NCBI GenBank assembly: GCA_934675465.1
Contig: CAKUQM010000001.1
Span: 9,053 to 73,052 of the forward strand
From: an uncultured Erysipelotrichaceae bacterium
Lineage (GTDB): Bacteria; Bacillota_I; Bacilli_A; Erysipelotrichales; Erysipelotrichaceae
DNA: 64,000 nucleotides
Direction: 5' to 3'
In this document: positions 21,984 through 32,497 of the stretch, piece by piece
How the letters are laid out: every line of letters begins with the position of its first letter
Numbering within the stretch: the stretch's first letter is position 1
Made by a program: the position numbers and the translations under genes
The notes under the pieces: generated by a model
Seen by the model: the letters and a program-made list of their open reading frames with translations, nothing else
Told to the model about the DNA's origin: nothing
The model's database searches: none

Positions 21984-22512
21984 AAGTATTTCTAGTCTCA
22001 GTAACCTGATTAGACTCACTTTGAGTAGAACCAAACAAACTAAAAGGTAAAGTAAGAAAACCAACACAACCTCTAAGTAAAATCATAATAATCATATAAG
22101 TGATTATTAATCTAAACAAAGAGAACCTAGGTCTTCTATAAGTCCTATAGTAATAATATTGCTTATTACCATTATTATTGGTTCTATTAGCATTTTGATA
22201 ATACTGTTGTTGTTGAGCCTGTCTAAAAGCCTCCCTAAAGAACTCTTCAAATTCAGCATTATCATAATATTGATAAGAACTCTGATAAGAAGAATTATTA
22301 TAAGGATTACTATAAGCCTGTTGTTGACGATGCTGATCAGGATTCTTAATCTGATCATATGCCGCATTGACTTCCTTCATCTTTGCAGCAGCAGCCGCAT
22401 CACCTGGATTTAAATCTGGATGATACTTTTTCGCCAACTTACGATAAGCCGCCTTTATTTCATCTTCACTTGCATCTCTTGAAACACCAAGAACTGTATA
22501 TGGATCCTGCAC
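21982..22512 (-). CDS. J-domain (DnaJ-like) protein with a Q/N/Y-rich linker and a C-terminal membrane anchor
   Basis: 176 aa. [31 protein letters not shown] (HPD motif), a low-complexity [21 protein letters not shown] region, and a C-terminal hydrophobic helix. Confidence 0.8.
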   Translation of the reverse strand: MQDPYTVLGVSRDASEDEIKAAYRKLAKKYHPDLNPGDAAAAAKMKEVNAAYDQIKNPDQHRQQQAYSNPYNNSSYQSSYQYYDNAEFEEFFREAFRQAQQQQYYQNANRTNNNGNKQYYYYRTYRRPRFSLFRLIITYMIIMILLRGCVGFLTLPFSLFGSTQSESNQVTETRNT

Positions 22513-22515
22513 TTA

Positions 22516-22911
22516 TTAAGCCTTTCTATCAAACTTAGTACCACACTTATTACATGTAATAGTTATATTACCAGACCCCCTAGGTACCCTTAGATGAGTC
22601 TTACAATTAGGACAATCAAAGAAACGATATTGTTTAGCTTGTTTTATACGAGTAATAATATATTTCTTCTTACTTTCATATTTATTAGACTCGCTTCTTC
22701 TTTTATAAACGTTCTTTGAAAACATTCTAAAATAGGTATAAACAATCAATACCCATATAATTATTGTAACAATTAATCGTGCATAACCACGAAGAAATAA
22801 ATTAACGACAATCAAAAAGATAACTAGATAAGATAAATCCCTACCTAACACATCAACACCATTACGGCCATACATCACTTTATATAGCCAGTTTCTAATT
22901 TTATTTTTCAT
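22516..22911 (-). CDS. membrane protein with a C-terminal zinc ribbon
   Basis: 131 aa, two TM segments, then CPNCKTHLRVPRGSGNITITCNKCGTKF (CxxC-n17-CxxC). Confidence 0.65.
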   Translation of the reverse strand: MKNKIRNWLYKVMYGRNGVDVLGRDLSYLVIFLIVVNLFLRGYARLIVTIIIWVLIVYTYFRMFSKNVYKRRSESNKYESKKKYIITRIKQAKQYRFFDCPNCKTHLRVPRGSGNITITCNKCGTKFDRKA

Positions 22912-22982
22912 AATAAACAGTATATGACTAATTTGTGAAAAATAACTGAAATTTTAATTCTTTAGCACATTATTAGCATATT

Positions 22983-23008
22983 AAAGGGACAACCGAAGCT
23001 GTCCCTTT
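22983..23008. terminator. GC-rich hairpin downstream of gap
   Basis: AAAGGGACA-accgaagc-TGTCCCTTT. The U tract on the minus strand is poor, so strength and orientation are uncertain. Confidence 0.45.
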
Positions 23009-23037
23009 ATTAATATTTCTAAAAAGTTAATTAGCGA

Positions 23038-24105
23038 TTATAGGCTAGCTAAGTACTTAATAGTTCTTACCATTTGAGATGTGTAAGAGTTTTCGTTATC
23101 ATACCAAGAAACTACTTGAACTTGGTAAGTATCTTCATCAATCTTAGCAACCATTGTTTGGTTAGCATCGAATAATGAACCGAATCTCATACCAACGATA
23201 TCGCTAGAAACTAGCTTTTCTTCAGTATAACCGAAAGATTCGTTAGCAGCAGCCTTCATAGCAGCATTGATACCTTCAACAGTAACATCAGTACCCTTAA
23301 CTACAGCATGTAATAATGTTGTAGAACCTGTAGGAGTTGGAACTCTTTGAGCAGCACCGATTAACTTACCGTTTAATTCAGGAATTACAAGACCGATAGC
23401 CTTAGCAGCACCTGTTGAGTTAGGAACGATATTAACAGCACCAGCTCTAGCTCTTTGAACATCACCCTTTCTTTGAGGACCATCTAGAATCATTTGGTCA
23501 CCAGTGTAAGCATGAACAGTAGTCATGATACCTGAAGAAATTGGAGCATAGTCATTTAATGCCTTAGCCATAGGAGCTAAGCAGTTTGTTGTACAAGAAG
23601 CTGCAGAGATAACATGATCATCAGCAGTTAATGTTTCATGGTTTACATTGTAAACGATAGTTGGAAGATCATTACCAGCAGGAGCAGAAATAACAACTTT
23701 TCTAGCACCAGCCTTGATATGAGCTTCAGCCTTAGCCTTAGAAGTATAGAAACCTGTACACTCTAATACTACATCTACATTTAATTCACCCCAAGGTAAT
23801 TCTTCAGCCTTAGGATTAGCATAGATTGTAATTTCCTTACCATCAACAGTGATAGAACCAGGAACCTTTACAGTCTTGCCATCTTCTTCCATAACTGCTT
23901 CCTTGTAATCTACAGTGTGCTTGTTTTCACCAAACTTGCCACAGAAACCACCTTGAGCAGAATCATACTTTAATAAAGTAGCTAACATCTTAGGAGATGT
24001 TAAATCGTTGATAGCAACTACTTCATAACCTTCAGCATCAAACATTTGACGGAAAGCTAGACGACCGATACGGCCAAATCCATTAATCGCAACTTTAACA
24101 GCCAT
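23038..24105 (-). CDS. gap: type I glyceraldehyde-3-phosphate dehydrogenase
   Basis: ORF track gives 23038-24147. I prefer ATG 24105 ([15 protein letters not shown]) with AGGAGG 10 nt upstream. Active site SCTTNCLAP. Confidence 0.95.
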   Translation of the reverse strand: MAVKVAINGFGRIGRLAFRQMFDAEGYEVVAINDLTSPKMLATLLKYDSAQGGFCGKFGENKHTVDYKEAVMEEDGKTVKVPGSITVDGKEITIYANPKAEELPWGELNVDVVLECTGFYTSKAKAEAHIKAGARKVVISAPAGNDLPTIVYNVNHETLTADDHVISAASCTTNCLAPMAKALNDYAPISSGIMTTVHAYTGDQMILDGPQRKGDVQRARAGAVNIVPNSTGAAKAIGLVIPELNGKLIGAAQRVPTPTGSTTLLHAVVKGTDVTVEGINAAMKAAANESFGYTEEKLVSSDIVGMRFGSLFDANQTMVAKIDEDTYQVQVVSWYDNENSYTSQMVRTIKYLASL

Positions 24106-24173
24106 TTTAAAAATTTCCTCCTTATAAATTGCATTAATATTATACACTAAAACCTAGCGTATTATACACAAAT

Positions 24174-24201
24174 TAAAAGGCCACCTATATATAGATGACC
24201 T
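24174..24201 (-). terminator. terminator between the lipoprotein gene and gap
   Basis: AGGTCATCTATA/TATAGGTGGCCT hairpin, then TTTTAATTT on the minus strand. Confidence 0.55.
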
Positions 24202-24215
24202 AAAATTCAATTTAA

Positions 24216-24962
24216 TTATTTAACAACAGAAATTGAAGTTACATGAGGGTTTGCACCTTCATACCAGTATAAGAAACCTTCAACATCAATAATTGTACCA
24301 GCAGTTAAATCCTTACCTGTCATATATACTTCAGTATCTGGACCAGTTAAGTAGTTTTCAACACAAAGATTAACTTCTGTATCACCTAACTTACAAGTAA
24401 TATATAAGTCTGGATCATATTCAGAATCCTTAGTAGTTACTTCTACAACCTCAAGACCCTTCATAGCAACCTTTTGATTCATATATTCAGCTAACTTTTC
24501 GCTATCAGCAACAACATCAGTTACATCCTTAGCCTCAAAAGTCTTAGTTTCGCCTAATACTTCAACAGTAGCATCCATGATTTCAACTTCACCAGCCCAT
24601 TCAGCCTTAACACCAGTAACCTTAACTAAAGTACCTTCCTTGATTGAATCAGCAGTTTCCTTGTCCATCTTAGCTTCATATACAAAATAACCACCATCTT
24701 TATCCATACCATATAAAGTCATAACGCCTTGGCCATCTTTTTCCCACCAAGCTTGATGAGCTTGAACATACATAAGAACTTCTACTTCAGCATCAACATC
24801 AGCAGCCATGAAACTCGCATAATCATCCTTAGCAGTTACTTCGACTACCTCATTGCCACCGTTAGTTGGTCCATCAGTATTATTGTCGTTTTCATCCTTA
24901 CCACATGCAGTAAGACCAAAAACCATAAGTACTGACAACATAATAGTTAATAGTTTTTTCAT
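24216..24962 (-). CDS. lipoprotein of unknown function
   Basis: 248 aa. Signal peptide plus lipobox FGLTAC. Acidic mature part that looks beta-rich. Confidence 0.7.
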   Translation of the reverse strand: MKKLLTIMLSVLMVFGLTACGKDENDNNTDGPTNGGNEVVEVTAKDDYASFMAADVDAEVEVLMYVQAHQAWWEKDGQGVMTLYGMDKDGGYFVYEAKMDKETADSIKEGTLVKVTGVKAEWAGEVEIMDATVEVLGETKTFEAKDVTDVVADSEKLAEYMNQKVAMKGLEVVEVTTKDSEYDPDLYITCKLGDTEVNLCVENYLTGPDTEVYMTGKDLTAGTIIDVEGFLYWYEGANPHVTSISVVK

Positions 24963-25182
24963 TTTAACTCTCCTTTTGTTGTACTACCTACAACACGGGT
25001 ATTATATCACCTTACCCATATATATATGCAAACACCCAAGTGTAAAATTTTAAGTACTTTTGTGCTTTTAATTAAACATTCCCTCTTTGTCCATTGTCTA
25101 CACACATCTTCACCATTAACATAAAACATTTCTTTAATTAAATCATTTAAAAATACGAATAAAATTTAAAACCACCAACAAT

Positions 25183-25207
25183 AAAAGGTCAAGTTACTAC
25201 CTCGACC
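25183..25207 (-). terminator. terminator after the YheO-like regulator gene
   Basis: GGTCGAG-gtagtaa-CTTGACC then TTTTATTGTT on the minus strand. Confidence 0.55.
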
Positions 25208-25217
25208 CCCACATTAA

Positions 25218-25886
25218 TTATTTATCAATATTCTTTTTATGATTTCTAATATGAAGATAAACCGTATTCTTAGATATATTCATCAAAGTTTCAATCTTAT
25301 ATACAGCATCCTTCATTTGGAAAATACCCTTATCATACAGTCTTTCAATGATTATCTTATTTTTATTAGAAGGAAGAATAGAATCATCAGCTAAAACATC
25401 AGTCTTAACCATTTCATAAGTTTCTTTAATTAAATCATCAGAACTTTGTTTATAAGTTTCTGTAAAACTATTAAGTTGTTGAGGAACATAAGAATCCAAA
25501 ATATCTTTAAAAGGTGTATTTAGATACATATTGATGCAAACCAAACCAATTATCCTCTTATCATCGCCTCTAATAGCTATGGTTGTTGACTTTAAAGGTT
25601 CGCCCCTTGAATTCTTACTAAAATAAACTATAGAATCTTCATTACCATTCTTGATTTGTTCTAATAAATTAAGAGCTAAATCAGTGATTGGCGCACCAAC
25701 CTTTCTTCCTGTATGCTCGCCATTATATATCGCAATAACAGACTCTTCTAAATTTTCTAAAGAATGCAGTACAAGCTCATAACTATTAGGCAAATATTTA
25801 GCCAATCCCTCTATCATAGTTTTATATGATTCTAAAATTAATTTGTCACTTTTTGTTAGTTTCATTTGCATATTCTCCAACGTCAT
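25218..25886 (-). CDS. YheO-like PAS-domain plus HTH transcriptional regulator
   Basis: 222 aa. ILESYKTMIEGLAKYLPNSYELVLHSL ... AIYNGEHTGRKVGAPITD resembles the YheO-type PAS family as I remember it. C-terminal HTH (ISKNTVYLHIRN). Confidence 0.65.
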   Translation of the reverse strand: MTLENMQMKLTKSDKLILESYKTMIEGLAKYLPNSYELVLHSLENLEESVIAIYNGEHTGRKVGAPITDLALNLLEQIKNGNEDSIVYFSKNSRGEPLKSTTIAIRGDDKRIIGLVCINMYLNTPFKDILDSYVPQQLNSFTETYKQSSDDLIKETYEMVKTDVLADDSILPSNKNKIIIERLYDKGIFQMKDAVYKIETLMNISKNTVYLHIRNHKKNIDK

Positions 25887-25901
25887 TATAACAAAATATC
25901 G

Positions 25902-27110
25902 TTATAAGCCTTGATACTTTGTTAATGCTTCCTTTATTCTCACAAGAGCGTCAACAACTCTGCTATTATCTTTATAAACTCCCAATACTATTCTTAGATG
26001 ACCCTTGCCACCTTCGCCATAGTTAATTCCATCATTCACAGATACCTTAGCTTCTTTCACTAAATATGACACAATATCTGAAGATTTACCAAGTTTAGAA
26101 ACATCTACCCAACATAAGAAACCTGATTGAGGCAATTCACAAGAAACATTTGGAATAGAATTTAAAATCTCAAAGGCCTTATGTCTTCTATATTCATAAG
26201 CATCTTCAAAAATCTTCATAAATTCAGGATGCTTCATTGCCTCAATAATAGCCTTTTGTGATGAAGTAGAAGTAGCACCAATGACACCAACTGCATTCGC
26301 AAACATTGTATCCATAATATGATCATCAGTTACTATATAACCAACTCTTAAGCCACTTAAACCCATACCCTTTGAAAAAGAAAATACAGTCACCGTTCTT
26401 TCAAACATGCCATCCATTGAAGCAGGAGTAATCATCTCATTATCATAAGTAAAATCCTCAAACGCCTGATCGACCACAAGAACCAAATCGTTTTCAACAA
26501 TAAAATCTCTTAACTTTTCCAAAGATTCCCTATTATAAACAGTAGTAGTTGGATTATTAGGATGTGTCAGTAAAACCATCTTAGTCTTAGAAGTTAATTT
26601 TTCTCTCATCTGATCAACATCCAATTGATAACCATCCTTAGCACTTAAAACTATGGGAACTACCTTACCACCCATAGTTTCAACATCCAAATAATTATTA
26701 GGATAACTAGGACTTGGTATCATGACTTCATCACCATCATTAATAAAAGGCAAAATCGCAAAATATAAACCACTATCTGAACCCGGTGTTATCAAAATAT
26801 TCCTAGAAGGATCAACATGCAAATTATTTTGTCTCTCTAGTTTTTCAGCAATCAATTCTTTTAATTCTTCATTTCCAATAGGAGCAGTATAGTGAGGAGA
26901 AGAATCATCACGCGCAGCTTTAACCAAAGCCTCTTCAACAAAATCAGGCATCGAACGATCAGGCATAAAAGGATCTGCCCAACCCATTAAAGCGACACCT
27001 TGTTTCTCCATCTCTTGATAAGACCCACCTACATCAGCCTTTTCTACCGCTGAAAATAAGCCGCCTTCTGCCTTCGCAAAAGAAGAAATCATCTTTTCTT
27101 TTATATTCAT
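25902..27110 (-). CDS. class I/II PLP-dependent aminotransferase (could be a MalY/PatB-type C-S lyase; not distinguishable by eye)
   Basis: ORF track gives 25902-27158 with a TTG start. I prefer ATG 27110 (MNIKEKMISSF) with GGGAGA 8 nt upstream. The PLP lysine context is SFSKGMGLSGLRVGY. Confidence 0.8.
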   Translation of the reverse strand: MNIKEKMISSFAKAEGGLFSAVEKADVGGSYQEMEKQGVALMGWADPFMPDRSMPDFVEEALVKAARDDSSPHYTAPIGNEELKELIAEKLERQNNLHVDPSRNILITPGSDSGLYFAILPFINDGDEVMIPSPSYPNNYLDVETMGGKVVPIVLSAKDGYQLDVDQMREKLTSKTKMVLLTHPNNPTTTVYNRESLEKLRDFIVENDLVLVVDQAFEDFTYDNEMITPASMDGMFERTVTVFSFSKGMGLSGLRVGYIVTDDHIMDTMFANAVGVIGATSTSSQKAIIEAMKHPEFMKIFEDAYEYRRHKAFEILNSIPNVSCELPQSGFLCWVDVSKLGKSSDIVSYLVKEAKVSVNDGINYGEGGKGHLRIVLGVYKDNSRVVDALVRIKEALTKYQGL

Positions 27111-27182
27111 AATAAATCTCCCATAAATCAGCAAAGTGGAGGAAGCATTCCCCCACAATTATATACATATATACTCTATTTT

Positions 27183-28562
27183 TTACTCAGCATCAGTTGG
27201 TTTCCAGAATAGATATGTTAATACAGCAGCTACAACAAATGATACTGCAAAACATACCATAACTAGAGCACAATTCATAAACGGATTATCACCACCCATA
27301 AACATACCAAATGATAAGAATGAAGGGCCACCAATCGCATAAGCCTTTAACTTCAAGAAACCTGCAATAGCACCACCTACAGCACCACCGATAGAACCAA
27401 ATAAGAATGTTTTACCTTGAGGGACATTGACACCATATAATACCGGTTCAGTGATACCTACACATGCTGCAATAGAAGCTGAAGCTGCGTTAGCCTTTAA
27501 CTTCTTATCTTTTGATTTCAACCATACGCCAAATGCTGCACCAGCTTGACCGATGTTAGCTGAACCTGAAGTTGGAGATACTAAATTAAATCCTTGTGTC
27601 GCAATCATTTGAGTTAACACAGGAACCATGCCATGATGAATGCCAAGTACAACCATGCCTGAATAGATACCACCATACACAAGACCAGCAACCCAGCCTC
27701 CATTTGAGAACAACCAGTTCATTCCAGCTGCAATTAATTCACCAATCTTATAAGTGATAGGACCAACAGTCCATAGAGTAATCATTGTACCTAATAAAAT
27801 AGTAAATGCAGGAACAACAATAATCTTTAGAGGGCCCTTAACAACTTTGTTTAATCCTTTTTCAATAAATGAAGCTACAATAATCGCAAATACGATAGGC
27901 AATACTGAAGAAGAATAATTAACCACTCTAAATGGAATACCTAAGAAAGAATAATAAGCAGTTCCATCCGCAATCAATGAAGACCACTTAGAAGCCATCA
28001 TAGCTGCACAAATAGTTAGGGCAACATACTTATTCATTCCAAACACTTCAGCTGTTGAACATGCTAATAAGAATGGAATAAATGTAAATACTGCCATTGA
28101 AATAGCTACGAAAGTAGAGAATGTTGGACTAGACATAGAAGCGCCAAACGCCATAGCTACCATGATAATTGCTGATAAGAAACCACAACCAGCTAAAGCA
28201 GGAACGATAGGATTAAAGATCCTTGCGATTGTTTCAAACACAAGAGATAACTTAGCACCCTTCTTATTCTTTAAATCTTCCTTTAAAGCCTTTTGATCAT
28301 CAATTTGAGCTGACTCGCTCACTCCTGTATACTTACAGAATTCAGAATATACTTCAGCTACCTCAGCACCAATAACAATTTGAGTTTGAGTAGCTCCATC
28401 AACTACACCCAAAACTCCATCAAGTTTTTTAAGAGCAGTAAAGTTTACTTTACTCTTATCCTTCGTTGTTACTCTTAAACGAGTAGCACAATGAGTTGCA
28501 GAAGCGATGTTTTCAACACCACCAAGATTCTCCACCAAATCTTTCATAGATACTTTTGCCAT
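27183..28562 (-). CDS. PTS glucose/beta-glucoside-superfamily EIIBC component
   Basis: 459 aa. N-terminal EIIB with NIASATHCATRLRV (active-site Cys), then a polytopic EIIC. No EIIA domain. Confidence 0.85.
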   Translation of the reverse strand: MAKVSMKDLVENLGGVENIASATHCATRLRVTTKDKSKVNFTALKKLDGVLGVVDGATQTQIVIGAEVAEVYSEFCKYTGVSESAQIDDQKALKEDLKNKKGAKLSLVFETIARIFNPIVPALAGCGFLSAIIMVAMAFGASMSSPTFSTFVAISMAVFTFIPFLLACSTAEVFGMNKYVALTICAAMMASKWSSLIADGTAYYSFLGIPFRVVNYSSSVLPIVFAIIVASFIEKGLNKVVKGPLKIIVVPAFTILLGTMITLWTVGPITYKIGELIAAGMNWLFSNGGWVAGLVYGGIYSGMVVLGIHHGMVPVLTQMIATQGFNLVSPTSGSANIGQAGAAFGVWLKSKDKKLKANAASASIAACVGITEPVLYGVNVPQGKTFLFGSIGGAVGGAIAGFLKLKAYAIGGPSFLSFGMFMGGDNPFMNCALVMVCFAVSFVVAAVLTYLFWKPTDAE

Positions 28563-28588
28563 ATTAATCTCCTTTTCTTTTATATACT

Positions 28589-28963
28589 TTATTTATTGGC
28601 AATAACTTCAACCTCTACAAGAGCAGTCTTAGGAAGATCCTTTACAGCCATACAAGATCTAGCTGGCTTACTTGTGAAGTAGTTTCCATAAACTTCGTTA
28701 AATGCTGCAAAATTATTGATATCAGAAAGGAAACAAGTTGTCTTAACAACATCATCCACTGTATATCCCGCAGCCTTCAACACACCATCGATATTCTTCA
28801 TAACTTGCTTTGCTTGAGCTTCAATTGTATTTTCTACAAGAGTATTTGTAGTTGGATCTATTGGCATAACTCCAGATACAAATAATAAGCTACCGCTTTG
28901 GATTGCTTGAGAATATGGGCCAATTGCCTTTGGGGCATTTTCTGTTTGAATTTGTTTATTCAT
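28589..28963 (-). CDS. ridA: RidA/YjgF-family reactive intermediate (enamine/imine) deaminase
   Basis: 124 aa. APKAIGPYSQAI ... ARSCMAVKDLPKTALVEVEVIA, the typical RidA pattern. Confidence 0.9.
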   Translation of the reverse strand: MNKQIQTENAPKAIGPYSQAIQSGSLLFVSGVMPIDPTTNTLVENTIEAQAKQVMKNIDGVLKAAGYTVDDVVKTTCFLSDINNFAAFNEVYGNYFTSKPARSCMAVKDLPKTALVEVEVIANK

Positions 28964-28999
28964 TTTAAACCTCCAATGAAATATTTTTTATCCATCTAC

Positions 29000-29028
29000 A
29001 AATTAACATTACAAAAGTTCATTGTCAA
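29000..29028 (-). promoter_or_regulatory. promoter of the ridA-PTS-aminotransferase-yheO operon
   Basis: TTGACA (29028-29023) - 17 nt - TAATTT (29005-29000). Confidence 0.55.
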
Positions 29029-29054
29029 TAGAATTACTAAAATATTTTTTATTT

Positions 29055-29068
29055 TGTAACCGTTTCAA
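29055..29068. promoter_or_regulatory. cre-like (CcpA) site candidate in the divergent promoter region
   Basis: TGTAACCGTTTCAA versus the consensus TGWAANCGNTNWCA (12 of 14). Confidence 0.3.
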
Positions 29069-29082
29069 TAAAAGTTTAATAA

Positions 29083-30591
<1,509 letters not shown>

Positions 30592-30601
30592 AGCTTTTAA
30601 T

Positions 30602-30637
30602 ACAGTGTAGAAAAATAATAATTCTACACTGTTTTTA
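30602..30637 (+). terminator. intrinsic terminator after the GH1 gene
   Basis: ACAGTGTAGAA ... TTCTACACTGT followed by TTTTT. Confidence 0.8.
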
Positions 30638-30725
30638 TAAATAAACTAAATTCCATTATTTATAAGATAGGAATAAAATATAAAAGATATTTGTGATGAA
30701 TATCATAGAAAGTAGGATTATTCAG

Positions 30726-31490
30726 ATGGAAAAAGTATTATTGATAAACGACCTATCATGTATTGGAAAATGTTCCCTAACCGTATCCATTCCCATCATA
30801 TCAACATACGGAATAGAAACAGTTCCCCTTCCAACTTGCATCCTATCTAATCAAACATATTTTAAAGATTATTTAATTAGTGACTGTAGTAAAGAACTAG
30901 AATCTTTCACAAAACTATGGACTAAACAAGATATTGAATTCAATACTGTCTATACAGGTTTTTTCAATAGTTATAAACAAATAGACTATATCTGTGACTA
31001 TCTAAAAGATAAAGAAGTAAAAATATTTGTTGATCCCATACTGGGTGATAATGGTAATCGTTTTAAATGTTTTGATGATAACTACCAAAGTTCATTAAAG
31101 AAACTAGTAGACATGGCTGACTACATCAGTCCCAATCTTACAGAAGCCTGTTTATTAACTGACAGTAATAACAACGAAGACCCACTTGAAATCATCAAAA
31201 AGTTTAAAAATAAAAAAGTAGTTATCACTTCTATCCATAAAGATAATAAGATTGGCTATCTTGTCAAAGATGATGATGAAATCTTCCACATCCTAAACAA
31301 CAAAGTAAAAGATGAACTACATGGAACAGGAGATGTCTTTGCCTCATTCTTATGCGCCAAGATGATACAAACTAATAATTTCAGTGAAAGTGTTATTCAT
31401 GCCGCTAAAAAGACAAATGATTGTATAACAGCCACCCTAAAAGAAAAAGGCCATAGTATCTACGGCCTTAACTATGAACAAGTTATTTAA
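30726..31490 (+). CDS. pdxK: pyridoxal/pyridoxine/pyridoxamine kinase
   Basis: ORF track gives 30693-31490. I prefer ATG 30726 (MEKVLLINDLSCIGKCSLTVSIPI). Ribokinase-like with GTGDVFAS near the C-terminus. Confidence 0.8.
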   Translation: MEKVLLINDLSCIGKCSLTVSIPIISTYGIETVPLPTCILSNQTYFKDYLISDCSKELESFTKLWTKQDIEFNTVYTGFFNSYKQIDYICDYLKDKEVKIFVDPILGDNGNRFKCFDDNYQSSLKKLVDMADYISPNLTEACLLTDSNNNEDPLEIIKKFKNKKVVITSIHKDNKIGYLVKDDDEIFHILNNKVKDELHGTGDVFASFLCAKMIQTNNFSESVIHAAKKTNDCITATLKEKGHSIYGLNYEQVI

Positions 31491-32487
31491 CTTCAACAAC
31501 CCATCCATCAGGTGCTTCGACAGCACCTTTTTGAATACCTAACAACATATCTCTTAACTTATCAACAGCAGGACCTGTCTTAAATTCATATTCTTTGTCA
31601 TTATAAGTAATACTACCAACAGGAGCGATAACTGCAGCCGTGCCACATAAGCCACATTCCACAAAATTATCAAGCTCATTAATATTAATTGGTCTTTCTT
31701 CTACTTCAAGATTCAAATAATGTTTCGCAACATAAAGAATACTCTTTCTTGTGATAGATGGAAGAATACTATCTGACTTAGGTGTAACTACTTTATTATT
31801 CTTATCAATAAACAAGATATTAGCGCCGCCTGTCTCTTCAATATATGTTCTACTTGCACTATCTAAATATAAATTCTCATCATAGCCTGCTTTATGTGCA
31901 CAAACATAAGGACGAAGTGACATAGCATAGTTTAAACCAGCTTTAATATTGCCAGTACCATGAGGAGCTGCCCTATCATATGAAGATACAAACAATCTCT
32001 TTAAAGCTTTATCCCCTGCAAAATAAGGTCCTACAGGAGAGCCAAAGATTCTAAATTCATATTCACTAGCAGGCTTAACCCCTAAAATTGGATTAGTGCC
32101 AAATATATATGGTCTTAGATATAGACTAGCACCACTACTATATGGTGGCACATAGTCTATATTAGCCTTAACTACTTCTTTAACCGCATCCACAAAACGC
32201 TTTTCATCGTATGGCGGCATCTGCATCACTTCAGCAGAATCATGCAACCTTCTAGCATTCATATCCGGTCTAAACAAAACAACACGATTATCAACTGTTC
32301 TATAAGCCTTTAAGCCCTCGAATACTTGACCACAATATTGAAGTATTGCCGCACTCTCATTTAAAACGACATTTGAATTATCACTTAAACAACCATCATC
32401 CCACTTACCATCTTTATATTTAGCGACAAAACGATAAGGAATTTCATGATAACTAAAGCTCAATGTTTTATAATCAATGTTTTCCAT
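31483..32487 (-). CDS. ilvE: branched-chain amino-acid aminotransferase
   Basis: 334 aa, class IV aminotransferase pattern (AAILQYCGQVFEGLKAYR ... GTGNIKAGLNY ... CGTAAV). Confidence 0.9.
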   Translation of the reverse strand: MENIDYKTLSFSYHEIPYRFVAKYKDGKWDDGCLSDNSNVVLNESAAILQYCGQVFEGLKAYRTVDNRVVLFRPDMNARRLHDSAEVMQMPPYDEKRFVDAVKEVVKANIDYVPPYSSGASLYLRPYIFGTNPILGVKPASEYEFRIFGSPVGPYFAGDKALKRLFVSSYDRAAPHGTGNIKAGLNYAMSLRPYVCAHKAGYDENLYLDSASRTYIEETGGANILFIDKNNKVVTPKSDSILPSITRKSILYVAKHYLNLEVEERPININELDNFVECGLCGTAAVIAPVGSITYNDKEYEFKTGPAVDKLRDMLLGIQKGAVEAPDGWVVEVK

Positions 32488-32497
32488 AAATCATTAC

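Noticed and set aside
27136-27342. ORF-track entry, 68 aa (+), spanning the aminotransferase/PTS junction, and 28491-28682 (+).
   Set aside because: They are antisense to well-supported minus-strand genes, have GTG or weak starts and have no RBS.
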